The position numbers and the translations under genes were made by a program. DNA of 64,000 nucleotides from an uncultured delta proteobacterium. Lineage in GTDB: Bacteria > Myxococcota_A > Polyangia > Polyangiales > B10-G4. Where the stretch lies: the NCBI GenBank assembly GCA_963727445.1, contig CAVSGI010000021.1, positions 32,001 through 96,000 on the forward strand, given 5' to 3'. The notes below the pieces were generated by a model. It ran no database searches and had not been told where the DNA came from. It saw only the letters and a program-made list of their open reading frames with translations. This document shows, piece by piece, positions 1 through 9,464 of this stretch; the first letter of the stretch is position 1, and each line of letters begins with the position of its first letter.

Positions 1-1435
1 AGTTCTCGTTGAAGAGAACCCACGCGACGATGCTCGGGTGGCTCGCGTCGCGCTCCATCGCGCGTCGGATCATCGTCTCGACGTTGGCCCGCCCCGCGAA
101 CCCCTCTTCGTTGTTCGTCTGGATGTCGAGGCTTGGCATGTCGTACACGACGAGCATCCCGAGCTCGTCGGCGAGGCGATACTTGATCGGCTCGTCGATC
201 TTCACGTGCAGGCGAATGCAGTCGAACCCGAAGGATCGCGCGAGCTCGAGGTCGGCGCGGATACGCTCTTCGCTCGGCGCGGTGTACACGCCGTCCGGAT
301 GGTATGACTGGTCGAGCACGCAGCGGAGGTACCGGGGCCGATCGTTCACCCACACCGCCGAGTACTGCGAGAGCGGGTCGGTCGTGTCGGCCGGCGAATG
401 GCCCGGCATCCAGTCGGTGCGCACCGTGACCATCCCGAAGTACGTGTGGACGACATCCGCGACACCGTCCGACCCCGTGGTGACGATGTCGAGATCGTAG
501 AGCCTCGGGTCGTCCGTATCCCAGAGCACCACGCTATCGAGCGGCACGGCGATCTCGTCGTTTCCGTCGCCCGTGACCATCCCGCTCGCACGGCCGACGA
601 CCTCCCCGTCGAGACGTGCCTCCATCTCCACTTGCGCAGGCTCCCCGTTGGTCGTGGGACGTACGATCACCTGTCCGTCCGCGGGCTGCGGCACGACGCG
701 CAGGGAGGCGAGGTACGCTGCTGGCCTTTCCTCGAGGTAGACCGTCTGCCAGATCCCGCTCGTTCGAGTGTACCAGGGGCCACCCTGCTTTCCGACGGGC
801 TGCTCGCGGTCGGCGAGCTCGGTGCGGTCCTCGACGCGGAGGACGATTTCGACGCGCTCGCCAGCCGGCACGAATGGCGAAAGAGCGACCGCGAAGGGAT
901 CGTATCCGCCCTCGTGGTCGAGCGCGTGGGCGCCGTTCACCCACACGCTGGTCCGAAAGTCGACCGCGCCGAAGACGACCCACCAGTCGAGCCCTTCATC
1001 CACGGGGAGGGGATCCGGGATCCGCAGTCGGTACCACGCGACACCCCGATAGGTGCTCGCGATCAGTGCCTCGCCCACGTAGTACGGCTGCGTGTGCGGC
1101 GGAACCAGGCCGGAGAGCGGTGACTCCCACGCGTACGGCACCTGGATTCGATCGGTGAACACTTCGTCGTGTCCCGCATCGAACCATCGCTCCTCCATTC
1201 CCACGTCGCTTCGGTCATAGGCGAACTCCCAGACCGTGTTCAGGTTGACGAAGGTGTCGCGCTGCAAGTCGGGGCGTGGATGCTCGGGTCGCACGATGGG
1301 CGCGAGCGGCGGCCATTCGGTGGGACCGGCGTCGGGCGCGCCGTCGGGCACACCGGCATCGTCCCCGCACGCGGCGACGAAGAGGAGAGCCCAGAGGATC
1401 TGGCACGGGCTTCGACGCCGGTAGCGGGAGAGCAC
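1..1435 (-). CDS. Glycoside hydrolase family 2 lipoprotein (beta-galactosidase/glucuronidase-like), 3' end runs off the window
   Basis: Absent from the ORF track because no stop falls in the window. Manual translation of both ends, in the same frame: lipobox LFVAAC, PEHPRPDLQR..VNLNTVWEF (GH2 N-terminus), and RDASHPSIVAWVLFNE (GH2 acid/base motif) at the left edge. GTG start at 1435 is tentative. Confidence 0.85.
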   Translation of the reverse strand, partial: MLSRYRRRSPCQILWALLFVAACGDDAGVPDGAPDAGPTEWPPLAPIVRPEHPRPDLQRDTFVNLNTVWEFAYDRSDVGMEERWFDAGHDEVFTDRIQVPYAWESPLSGLVPPHTQPYYVGEALIASTYRGVAWYRLRIPDPLPVDEGLDWWVVFGAVDFRTSVWVNGAHALDHEGGYDPFAVALSPFVPAGERVEIVLRVEDRTELADREQPVGKQGGPWYTRTSGIWQTVYLEERPAAYLASLRVVPQPADGQVIVRPTTNGEPAQVEMEARLDGEVVGRASGMVTGDGNDEIAVPLDSVVLWDTDDPRLYDLDIVTTGSDGVADVVHTYFGMVTVRTDWMPGHSPADTTDPLSQYSAVWVNDRPRYLRCVLDQSYHPDGVYTAPSEERIRADLELARSFGFDCIRLHVKIDEPIKYRLADELGMLVVYDMPSLDIQTNNEEGFAGRANVETMIRRAMERDASHPSIVAWVLFNEN

Positions 1436-1509
1436 AGCGACCGAGGGTAGCGTATGCTCGGCGCGCGGGCTCACCGGACGCCCGAGTTTCCGAGGCGGCG
1501 TCTGAAGTG

Positions 1510-1678
1510 CGACCGCGGACACGGGAATGGAGCTCATCGGCATCGAGGCGGCGCTCTCAACGGCCCGGTGAACGTCCGGATCGTGAGACCTCAGGGGAAG
1601 TCCGACGACTCGGACTCTGAGTTCGTCTCACACTCCGGAGCGAGCGGCTCTTCGGGCACCACGCCGTGTCGCGCGTCG
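1510..1678. ncRNA. Candidate structured RNA or long imperfect hairpin
   Basis: Nested complementary blocks: AGTCCGA/TCGGACT, CTCAG/CTGAG, GTGAGAC/GTCTCAC, TCCGGA/TCCGGA, GCCCG/CGGGC, GACACGG/CCGTGTC. Lies in the intergenic gap between arsC and GH2. Confidence 0.35.
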
Positions 1679-1695
1679 AGGAGCCGGGGCCCGTC

Positions 1696-2040
1696 TCAGA
1701 GAATCTCCAGCACCGCCTCCGTCGGCCGTCCGATGCGCGCGCCCTTCTTCGTGATCACGACCGGTCGCTCGAGGAGCCGCGGATTGTTGGCCAGCACCTT
1801 CACCAACTTCGCGCCTTTCAGCTTCGCGACCCCGAGCTCCTCGTAGAGCGCTTCCTTCTTGCGCACCAATCCCATCGCATCGGAGAGGCCGAGCTTCTTC
1901 ACCACCGCCTCGATCTCGGCGGCGGACGGGGGATCGTCCAGGTACTTACGCACGTTCGGTGATAGCCCACGCTCCTGGAGGAGCGCGAGCGCCTGTCGCG
2001 ACTTCGAACACTGGGGGTTGTGCCAGATGACGATGGTCAT
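1696..2040 (-). CDS. arsC: Arsenate reductase (glutaredoxin-type, ArsC family)
   Basis: HNPQCSKSR catalytic motif, NPRLLERPVV..ARIGRP, 114 aa. Confidence 0.9.
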   Translation of the reverse strand: MTIVIWHNPQCSKSRQALALLQERGLSPNVRKYLDDPPSAAEIEAVVKKLGLSDAMGLVRKKEALYEELGVAKLKGAKLVKVLANNPRLLERPVVITKKGARIGRPTEAVLEIL

Positions 2041-2081
2041 GGCGGCCTTCTAGCACGTACTCCTCCGAGATAGGATGCGCC

Positions 2082-2600
2082 ATGGCCTCGAAGGACCCTC
2101 TGGAAGCGCTGCGCGCGGGAGCCCGCGCATAGCTCGCCGGCGCGCGTGGAATCACCGTGGACCTCGAACGGGCGCGAGCACACTTCGAATCGTTCATTCG
2201 CGTCGCGCGCGGGGGCCTCATGGACGGCGGCGACGGCGTCGTCGTCGAGCTGACGAGCGGTCTCGAAGGCGATGCGCTCCGTGCCGTCCAGTCCTGGCTC
2301 CAGGACGAGCCCTTCCGCCGCGTCGCGCGACGCGCCGACGACGCGCTGGGGAGTAGGCGTGTTCGACGGGCAGCTTCGAGATCCTCGATCTCGCGCAGGC
2401 AGCGTGAAGGCGACGGGTTCGGCGGGGGGCGGTTGGCCATCGCCGGCTTCTTCGGTCGGAGAGGCTACCGAGCGCGAAACCAACCAGGGGAAGCACCGAC
2501 GAGGCTGATCGGTCGACGATACGCGCACCCGGTTGCGCCCTCACTTGGGCCGGTCACGCTCCCCCTCTTCCTTGGTCCCGAAGTCGCCGCGCGTGTCATG
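2082..2600 (+). pseudogene. Hypothetical protein interrupted by an in-frame TAG; 3' end uncertain
   Basis: ATG 2082 (preceded by TAGGAT) is in frame with ORF 2157; TAG at 2130-2132; protein-like up to about 2350. Confidence 0.35.
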
Positions 2601-2625
2601 AACGACCTCGACGACCGAAGCGAGA

Positions 2626-3936
2626 TCACGGCGAGGAGCAGCGACTGTTCGGGCAGTCGTTGCGCGTCGTCAGGCAGGTCGTGCCGGTGTTCTCGCCCCC
2701 GACGCACGTGCCGTTCAGATCGTCGCGCCAGTCGACCGAGAACGGGATGCGCATCCATGCGCTCCCATCGTAGAGGTAGTAATAGCCCTCGTCGGTCGTG
2801 TAGATGACCTCGTCGCCCGTGCGGTAGGCCGCGAGAACCGATGTGGGTCGGGTCGGGTCGGGCGTGTTCCCGCTGGTGTCCCAGCGCGCGAAGCGGAGGG
2901 TCGTCTCGGTCACGTGCTGCGGAGTCGCCCAACCACTACGTGGAAGGTAGTCGTAGACGATGCCCTCTCTGTCGATCAACGTGACCTCTTCTCCATCGCG
3001 GAAGCCGACTCGTATCGCTGCCGGGTCGGGCGGTGCGTCGACGTCGACCCAAGTGGCGGTCGCGTCACCGCTCTCCCAAAGGCTGGTCGCGATGACGTAG
3101 CGATAGAAGCGCCCGCTCCGATCGAGGAAGGTGATGTCATCGGGGCCGCGGTAAGCGGCCGTGAGCTGATCGATGGCGCTCGGGTCGGGGCTCCCCGTGT
3201 CCCCACCAACCCACGCCTGCGCGCCCAGCGAAGTGTCGGTGAGGAAGCCTGGCGGTAGCCAGCCGTCTGGGTAACGGTAGAAGTAGAAGGACGCGTCCGA
3301 GAACACGAAGAGGACGTCGTCGCCCTGCCGGTAGGCCAGGGAGAGCGCAGCCTGCTTGGATAGCGGTGGCGCGTTGTCGTCACCAGGCGGAACCTCGCAA
3401 CGGCCGAGGGGACACGCCTGCTGGCAACCATCGGCCGGTCGCCGCGGTGGGGAGCCATCCTCGCACATCGCCAAAACGCCCGCGTCGACCCCGCCGTCGA
3501 CCGTGGACCCGGCGTCGACTCCTGCATCGACTTCTGGCATCGGGTCGCGGCCGATGACGACCGTCACGGTCACGGGTCCGTCGACCTCGACGCGAACGAT
3601 CCGGCTCGCGATGATCGAGCCGTCGTCCTTCGCGAGCTGCGTCCGAATCGAATACGTCTCCGCGCTCGAAACGGTGTAACTGGCGACGCGGCGCCCCGTG
3701 AGGAATTCGACGTCCTCCGACGCGGCGAAGGTCCTCTGATCGCCGAACTCGACCGCATCTGGTACGGCGATGCCGATCCGCACCTCCGTGAAGTCCTCTC
3801 CAGGTGTGTAGTCGGTAACGAGCTCGACGGCGATCACCCGATCGCCGTCACAGCCAAGCGCGAAGAGAATACACGCGGTGAGCGCAGAGGCAGCAGCTCC
3901 CCCGAGCCCACCGTGCTCGATCCTTCCGTTCGGCAT
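2626..3936 (-). CDS. Lipoprotein with four hemopexin-like repeats
   Basis: Lipobox LFALGC, DAG linker, four repeats resembling YRxGD(D/E)VxFxxxxGxFYxY; start reassigned to ATG 3936. Confidence 0.7.
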   Translation of the reverse strand: MPNGRIEHGGLGGAAASALTACILFALGCDGDRVIAVELVTDYTPGEDFTEVRIGIAVPDAVEFGDQRTFAASEDVEFLTGRRVASYTVSSAETYSIRTQLAKDDGSIIASRIVRVEVDGPVTVTVVIGRDPMPEVDAGVDAGSTVDGGVDAGVLAMCEDGSPPRRPADGCQQACPLGRCEVPPGDDNAPPLSKQAALSLAYRQGDDVLFVFSDASFYFYRYPDGWLPPGFLTDTSLGAQAWVGGDTGSPDPSAIDQLTAAYRGPDDITFLDRSGRFYRYVIATSLWESGDATATWVDVDAPPDPAAIRVGFRDGEEVTLIDREGIVYDYLPRSGWATPQHVTETTLRFARWDTSGNTPDPTRPTSVLAAYRTGDEVIYTTDEGYYYLYDGSAWMRIPFSVDWRDDLNGTCVGGENTGTTCLTTRNDCPNSRCSSP

Positions 3937-3989
3937 CTCACCACTCAGGATACCCCGACCAGAGGCGGCGCGCCGAGGGGATATCGCAA

Positions 3990-4610
3990 CCAGGTCGGCG
4001 TCGACCAAGAGACACCGGCGCTTCGAGGTAGCACGTGCCCGCGCTGCCAGAGCCCGCTCGAGCCTGGCGACCTTCGGTGCGCGATCTGTAGCCTCCCGAT
4101 CGCCGCTCCCGCGTCCGTCGCCGCGCGCGAGACCGTCGAGGTGCTTCGTTGCGACGGCTGCGGTGCCGCCGTCGAGTGTCGCTCGGCTTCTTCCGGCCGT
4201 CCGACCTCGCACGGCGGCGGCCGCGCACGCGGCCCCGCCGGGGGTCACGGCCGAGCGCTTCGACGTCCAGCGGTCCGCCGCGCGCGCGAAGATCGCCGCC
4301 GCCATTCGTGGCGTCGCAGGCGCGCGAGGCGAAGCGCTACATCCCGGGCTCCCAGTACCGGAACCTCGAGGTCGACGTCTTGCTCCGGCGCCTCGTCACC
4401 CGCCGCTGCGCATTCCCCGTATACGTCCTCGCCTATCGTTACCGCGGCGACCTCTACCGGGCCGTCATCAACGGCCAAGACGCGCGCGTCGTGCACGGCC
4501 GCGCGCCCTGGTCCATCGCGAAGATCGCGCTCGTCGCTGGCGCCGCGCTCCTCGCCGTGGGCTTCATCCTGGCGCTCGTCGTCCTCTTCGTCGCGCTCGG
4601 CGCGCGCTGA
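3990..4610 (+). pseudogene. Zinc-ribbon membrane protein, frameshifted and possibly internally deleted
   Basis: CPRC..CAIC..CDGC in one frame; LGFFRPSDL..PVYVLAYRYRGDLYRAVINGQ..RAPWS plus a C-terminal TM helix in another; shift near 4180; start approximate. Confidence 0.6.
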
Positions 4611-4707
4611 GTGAAGCGGCTCCAAGAGAGCGGAGCCCGTTTGTGTTGGCTCATCGATGGCGCAAAGGCGGCTCCCCATGAAGCCCCCAGCAGCGTAGAC
4701 TCGGCCG

Positions 4708-5675
4708 ATGGCTCCGTACCTCATGGTCTTCTGGATGATGCTCGCTGCGTGCGGCGGAGCACCCGAGACGCCTCCGACGTCGAGCCAACAGGTAGCCGAA
4801 GAAGACCAAGCCACGCTCCCACCGCCCGCCCAGCCAGCTTGGAGCCTCGACTCCGAACGAGTCCGCGCACTCCCCTCCGATGTGGAGCTCGTCGTCCGCT
4901 TGCACCCGAGGGTGTTGCGAGGGACCAGCTTCGAGAACCCGGCGTTCGATCAACTGCCCCTTCCGCGAGATGGCGAGCAGGGCGCCGTCGTCAATGAGCT
5001 GCTCGCGAACACCGACACGCTGGTGATCGGCTTTGCGGCCGAGCTCTTCGCCGCTTCGTTCGAGGGTACGCTCAGCGGCATCTTCGACCGAATCCTCTCG
5101 CTCGATCCCGAGCGCGGAGGCATGGAACTCTCGGGCGAGCCGGGGCAGCGCCGGTTGACCTCGGCTTCGGCGCTGCTCGCCGAGGACGGACCGCAAACGC
5201 TCCGGGTCTATATGCCTTCGCAGGTGGCGACGACCGGCGGGGCCGTTCCGCCGGCGATAGACACCCCGGAGCTGCGGGCGCTGCACGCATCCCTCCCCCC
5301 CTCGAGGGGGAGCGCGCAGCAGCCGTCGAGCTCGTCGCCGCGCCGACGTTCGGACCGTTGCAAGGCGCCGCCGCATCCGTGCGACTGGCGATCCACCCGG
5401 TGGACCGCGACGCCCACCTGGACGCGATCTTCGCCTATGCGGACGAGACGCGCGCGATCGAGATCGGCGACCAGCTGCGGGAAGTCTGGGGAATGATCGC
5501 GGAGGAGATGCCGGAGAACTTCGACGGCGACAGTCTTGCCGTTCGCACGGAGGGCCGCCGCGTGATCATGCACGGACGCATCGTCGCGATGGTCGACGAT
5601 CCCGGCGTGAACCAACGCGTCCTCATGGCCCTCATGATGAGCGTCGCGACCCGACTCGGCGGCCAAGGATTCTGA
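4708..5675 (+). CDS. Hypothetical lipoprotein, frameshift in C-run near 5295-5301
   Basis: Lipobox MLAAC; ORF 4708 joins the frame of ORF 5358-5675 across a C7 tract. Confidence 0.65.
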
Positions 5676-5858
5676 TTGCGGCGCCGTCGAACGGGAGCGA
5701 TGAGCTCGGCGCGTGAGACGTGACTGGTCAGCGCTTCCATCCGCTGACGCTGGTGCCGCGCGAGTTTCGACTGCGCAAGTGAGTCCTGCTTTGATGGGCC
5801 GGACGTAGAGCGGAGGCCGTTTGAGCCCGGCCGGAGGGTGGTGCGGTAGCATGCGGCG

Positions 5859-7007
5859 ATGCCTCGTGTTCTCATCCTCGTCGTCTCGTCGGTGGCCTTG
5901 TCGTCGGCCTGCGACTCTTCAAAAGACCCCCGCCCCCCCGCCCGTCCGCCCGCGGAAGGCTCCACCCTCGATGACCTCGGCGACGACCTCGACCTCGACG
6001 AGCTGGACGAACCCGATGAGACGCCCACTGTCGCGGATCCCGCCGCCAGCGTGGTCGCGAGCTGCATGCTGACGACCGCGGGGATCTGCTACGACGGTGT
6101 CGACGCCCCAGGCTTCCTCTTTCGGTCCGCCACGGCATGCCCTGGCACGCCCTCGGAGGATCCCTGCCCCGACGAAGGCCGCGGGCATGGCTGCATCCTC
6201 TCCGACGGGGTTCAGGCGATGCATCAGTACGGCATCAGTGACGATGACTTCCAGCAGAGATGCGAGACGAGCGGGGGTCACCTCGTGGACGCGAGCCCGC
6301 GCTTCTATCCCACCACCGACCGCGAGGCGGTCCAGAACGCGATGCGCGGCGAAGCGGCGAACGCCGAGGTCGACGAGGTGCGGCATCCGAGCGCGAGCGA
6401 ACGACCTCTCGTCGAGTGGCTCCTCGCTCAGGGGCGCGCTATTCCCGGGCGTGTGATATCGGAGGAGCTCGATGTGGTGCGGCCGTCCCTTCGGGCGGGT
6501 GCCCGGAACTTCGGCGACATGAAAGCGGCCGAGCTCCGCGCGCGTTTCACCTCCGAGCCTCGTGACACCACCGAACCGGTGTTGCTCCTGGCGATGGTCG
6601 CCTTCTCGGCCGACGAGATCCTCTATCGGGCGCCCGCCGTGCTCGCCAGGGACGCGGAGCTCACCTCTTCCCCTCTGCCGCGCCGAGCACCGGCTCCCTT
6701 TCGGGCGTGGGTCGACCACTTGCGCGCGCAGATCCTCGGGCATGCGTGCGAGCTACCGCTCCCGAAGGACACCGACGCCGCGCGGCTCGGGGCCGAATGG
6801 GACGTACCGAGCGTCGGCTGGCTCGAGTCCGGCCAGAGGCTCGACCGCGAGTGCGCGCACACGGCGCGGCGCCTGCGCGACAGTCGTGTCGAGGCGCGCT
6901 TCGCCATCACCCTCTGGGGCGACGGGGAGCCGGGACGCTACCTGCGCGCCCCCTTCGACGTCGACGAAGAGGGCGAGATCTCCTGGCAGCCCGTCGATGG
7001 GATCTGA
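5859..7007 (+). CDS. Hypothetical lipoprotein
   Basis: Signal peptide ending LSSAC, acidic linker, Cys-rich segment, 382 aa. Confidence 0.7.
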   Translation: MPRVLILVVSSVALSSACDSSKDPRPPARPPAEGSTLDDLGDDLDLDELDEPDETPTVADPAASVVASCMLTTAGICYDGVDAPGFLFRSATACPGTPSEDPCPDEGRGHGCILSDGVQAMHQYGISDDDFQQRCETSGGHLVDASPRFYPTTDREAVQNAMRGEAANAEVDEVRHPSASERPLVEWLLAQGRAIPGRVISEELDVVRPSLRAGARNFGDMKAAELRARFTSEPRDTTEPVLLLAMVAFSADEILYRAPAVLARDAELTSSPLPRRAPAPFRAWVDHLRAQILGHACELPLPKDTDAARLGAEWDVPSVGWLESGQRLDRECAHTARRLRDSRVEARFAITLWGDGEPGRYLRAPFDVDEEGEISWQPVDGI

Positions 7008-7079
7008 CCCGACGAGATGGGCCGACGCCCGGGGGAAGGTGACGGCTCCGGCAAGGCGGGGCGGGAAAGGTGGCGAGTA

Positions 7080-7730
7080 TTGGGAAACGTAGCGGACATC
7101 GAGGCGCGCAACTGGGACTCGGTCCTCGAAGGGTTGGAGTCGCTGTCGAAGGATGATGTGCCGTTCATCGAGGCGGTGATCGCGGCCCGAGACGAATTCG
7201 AGAGCGCAGACAACGCGGGACGGTTGGCGGTGACCGCCCTCGAGGGTGCGGCCCGGTACGGGGTGAGCGTCAGTGAAGCGGTCGCCCTCAGCCTGGCGGG
7301 CTTGGTTCACGAGAGATCGGAAGACGCCGATGGATTCACCCGGGGATTTGCGGCTGCTCTGAGGCTCTTTCCCGAATCGGACTCCGCCCTCGACGCGATC
7401 ATTGGGGAGGCCTGGAACAGCAACTACGTCTGCGAAGACGCCATCGAGGGCGGAGCGCAGCGGGCCGAGGACCCCGAGCGCAAACGCCTCCTCGAGTCTT
7501 GCGCGCTCCTCGTCGGCTTCCACACGATGCAGTCGATGCCCCGGAAGTCCGCTCTCAACATGCTCCTACGGAACATCGAGCTCGTGACGAAGCGCGTTCC
7601 CGACTTCGGTGTCACTGACCTCGAGCAGGGCCAGGCGCGAATCGCCACGGTGAACGAGCTGACGACGCTCACGGAATCGGAGTGGGCGGACATTCGGGCG
7701 CTCTTCGAGCTCCTCGGGGAGGCCTCCTAG
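7080..7730 (+). CDS. Hypothetical alpha-helical protein
   Basis: Protein-like composition in ORF 7017-7730; probable TTG start at 7080. Confidence 0.6.
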   Translation: MGNVADIEARNWDSVLEGLESLSKDDVPFIEAVIAARDEFESADNAGRLAVTALEGAARYGVSVSEAVALSLAGLVHERSEDADGFTRGFAAALRLFPESDSALDAIIGEAWNSNYVCEDAIEGGAQRAEDPERKRLLESCALLVGFHTMQSMPRKSALNMLLRNIELVTKRVPDFGVTDLEQGQARIATVNELTTLTESEWADIRALFELLGEAS

Positions 7731-7741
7731 GCACTAACACC

Positions 7742-7960
7742 ATGCTCGAGGCATCGACGAGATCGATTGGGCGAACCTCGAGGACGCCTACGGACCCACG
7801 GTCGAGATGCCAGCGCGGCTTCGCGCGCTCGCCTCCGGGAGCGACGGATGGGAAGAGGCGCTCGACCAGCTCTACGCAGGGATCTTCCATCAGGATCGTA
7901 CTACCCGTCCCGCGGGTAGCGAACCGCCGGCCGCCGGCGGCGCGCTTCCTTCCTGCCCCG
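7742..7960 (+). pseudogene. N-terminal remnant of a HEAT-repeat-type protein
   Basis: Allowing two single-G deletions it reads MLE(G)IDEIDWANLEDAYGPTVEMPARLRALASGSDGWEEALDQLYAGIFHQ(G)SYYP, the DWxxLxxAYG..HQG N-terminus; cut off by the convergent gene. Confidence 0.6.
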
Positions 7961-7961
7961 C

Positions 7962-9347
7962 TTAGAGAAGGCAAGACCCATCGACGCACCGACTCTCCCC
8001 GGGACATGCGAAGTGAATTGGGGAGCCGGGCGTGCAAGGCAGGTCCACTCCAGACGAGTCGGAGTAGACCCCTTCCGCGGGGCAGCAGAGCTCGATCGTA
8101 TTGCCGTTGCACGTCGGTGTGGACGGGCACGCGCCTTCGCTCGCGCACACGGCTCGGCCAGCGACGACTTCGCACGAGTTGCCGTATAGGCTGCAATAGG
8201 CGGCGGAAGGTATGGGGTGGCTGCAGTCGATGGCGCGCCCGGAATCGCAGAAACCGTCGGTGCTCACACACTCGACATCCGGCGCGCAGAGTGTGTCTCC
8301 GACGTCGACCTGTGCGCAGCGAAGTCCGTCGCCGCAAGGCAGGAGAGTCAAATTGCACTCACAGCGGTCGGCGCCGTAGCAGACGTATCTGCATTCTCGT
8401 TCGGCCCCCGAGGGGTCGCACGCGGGGACGAAAGTGTCGCGTTGGCACCGGGCGGACGACATTTCGTCTGGTCCGACGTATCCCGCGGTACGACGCCCCT
8501 CTAGTGTGCACGCGGTCGTCTCGACGCACGTCGAGCCACTCTCCAAGGGGGCGACGCGCACGGCACCCAGCGGTGTGCAGTTGAACACCACATCGCCGCT
8601 GCAAAATTCGTCACCGACATCGCATGGGATGTCCGCGACGCATTGCCCCTCCATGCATCGGTCGTCCCCTTCGCACTCCGTCGCTACGAGGTACCCGTCG
8701 GCGGACCCCGCGTTATACGGGAGAGCCGAATCCCCGAGCCGTGAATGCCCGAGCGGTTCGCATTGCGCCGCTCGCGTTGGGGACTGACAGCTGAGCGCCA
8801 GCTCGCCATCCGGTTCCCAATAAGAACCAGCGCTCACGTACGTGCACGCTGGCGTCGCATCCACCACGCACTGCGCCCACACGTACTCCACCTCGGGAAT
8901 CGAAACGCCCGGCCGCGGAGAATGCCCGAGCTGGGTGACGATGCCTTCCACACACACGTCATCAAAAAGGCACGGCTCGAGCGTCATGCGCGCGGTAGCT
9001 GGGTCGCACACCAACGCCCCCTCCTCCACGCAACGACCGGGCGTCGGCGGCTCATCGGGGGATAGCGTAGCGGGCGTACAGGGGTCGCCGGCCGACGGGC
9101 CCGCGTCCGCGTCTGCGCCCGCGTCTGCGCCTGCGTCTGCGTCTGCGCCCACGTCTGCGCCCGCGTCCCCCCCACCATCCGCACCAATTCCGCACACGCA
9201 AGCCTCGAACACACGGGCTCGACAGACTTGAGTTCCCGGCGTGTCAGACCCCGGGCAGGGGCAGGACACGACCCGCCCTTCGACACATTCCTCCGACGAG
9301 CAGGAGACGACGAGAGCCAGTAGCGAAGAAACGAGCACCCAGCGCAT
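7962..9347 (-). CDS. Cysteine-rich lipoprotein
   Basis: LVVSC lipobox, ADAG linker, very high Cys content, 461 aa. Confidence 0.8.
   Translation of the reverse strand: MRWVLVSSLLALVVSCSSEECVEGRVVSCPCPGSDTPGTQVCRARVFEACVCGIGADGGGDAGADVGADADAGADAGADADAGPSAGDPCTPATLSPDEPPTPGRCVEEGALVCDPATARMTLEPCLFDDVCVEGIVTQLGHSPRPGVSIPEVEYVWAQCVVDATPACTYVSAGSYWEPDGELALSCQSPTRAAQCEPLGHSRLGDSALPYNAGSADGYLVATECEGDDRCMEGQCVADIPCDVGDEFCSGDVVFNCTPLGAVRVAPLESGSTCVETTACTLEGRRTAGYVGPDEMSSARCQRDTFVPACDPSGAERECRYVCYGADRCECNLTLLPCGDGLRCAQVDVGDTLCAPDVECVSTDGFCDSGRAIDCSHPIPSAAYCSLYGNSCEVVAGRAVCASEGACPSTPTCNGNTIELCCPAEGVYSDSSGVDLPCTPGSPIHFACPGESRCVDGSCLL
9100..9166. repeat. Short tandem repeats encoding the ADAG linker
   Basis: Recurrent cgtctgcg(cc) units. 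Confidence 0.7.
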
Positions 9348-9464
9348 GCGAACATGGTGCGCCGCCTGTTCCGATCATTCAAAGAGGCGAGCGCTCGCCT
9401 CGCGGTCCCGGTGGTAGATTCGTCCCTACGTGCGATGACCCCGGAGGCTCAGGCGGCGCGACAG

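Noticed and set aside
1531..1580. ggcccggtgaa resembling part of a SAM-I riboswitch
   Set aside because: Other conserved SAM-I elements are missing and no methionine-related gene lies downstream
1696..2040. Arsenic resistance operon linking arsC with the ArsR at 19774
   Set aside because: About 18 kb apart, no arsB/acr3, and the ArsR is of the SRPBCC-associated type
2130..2132. Genome-wide TAG recoding
   Set aside because: TAG ends well-defined genes at 7730, 34929, 41377 and 41827
5295..5301. Phase variation at the C7 tract
   Set aside because: Short tract, and similar indels occur throughout the window; sequencing error is simpler
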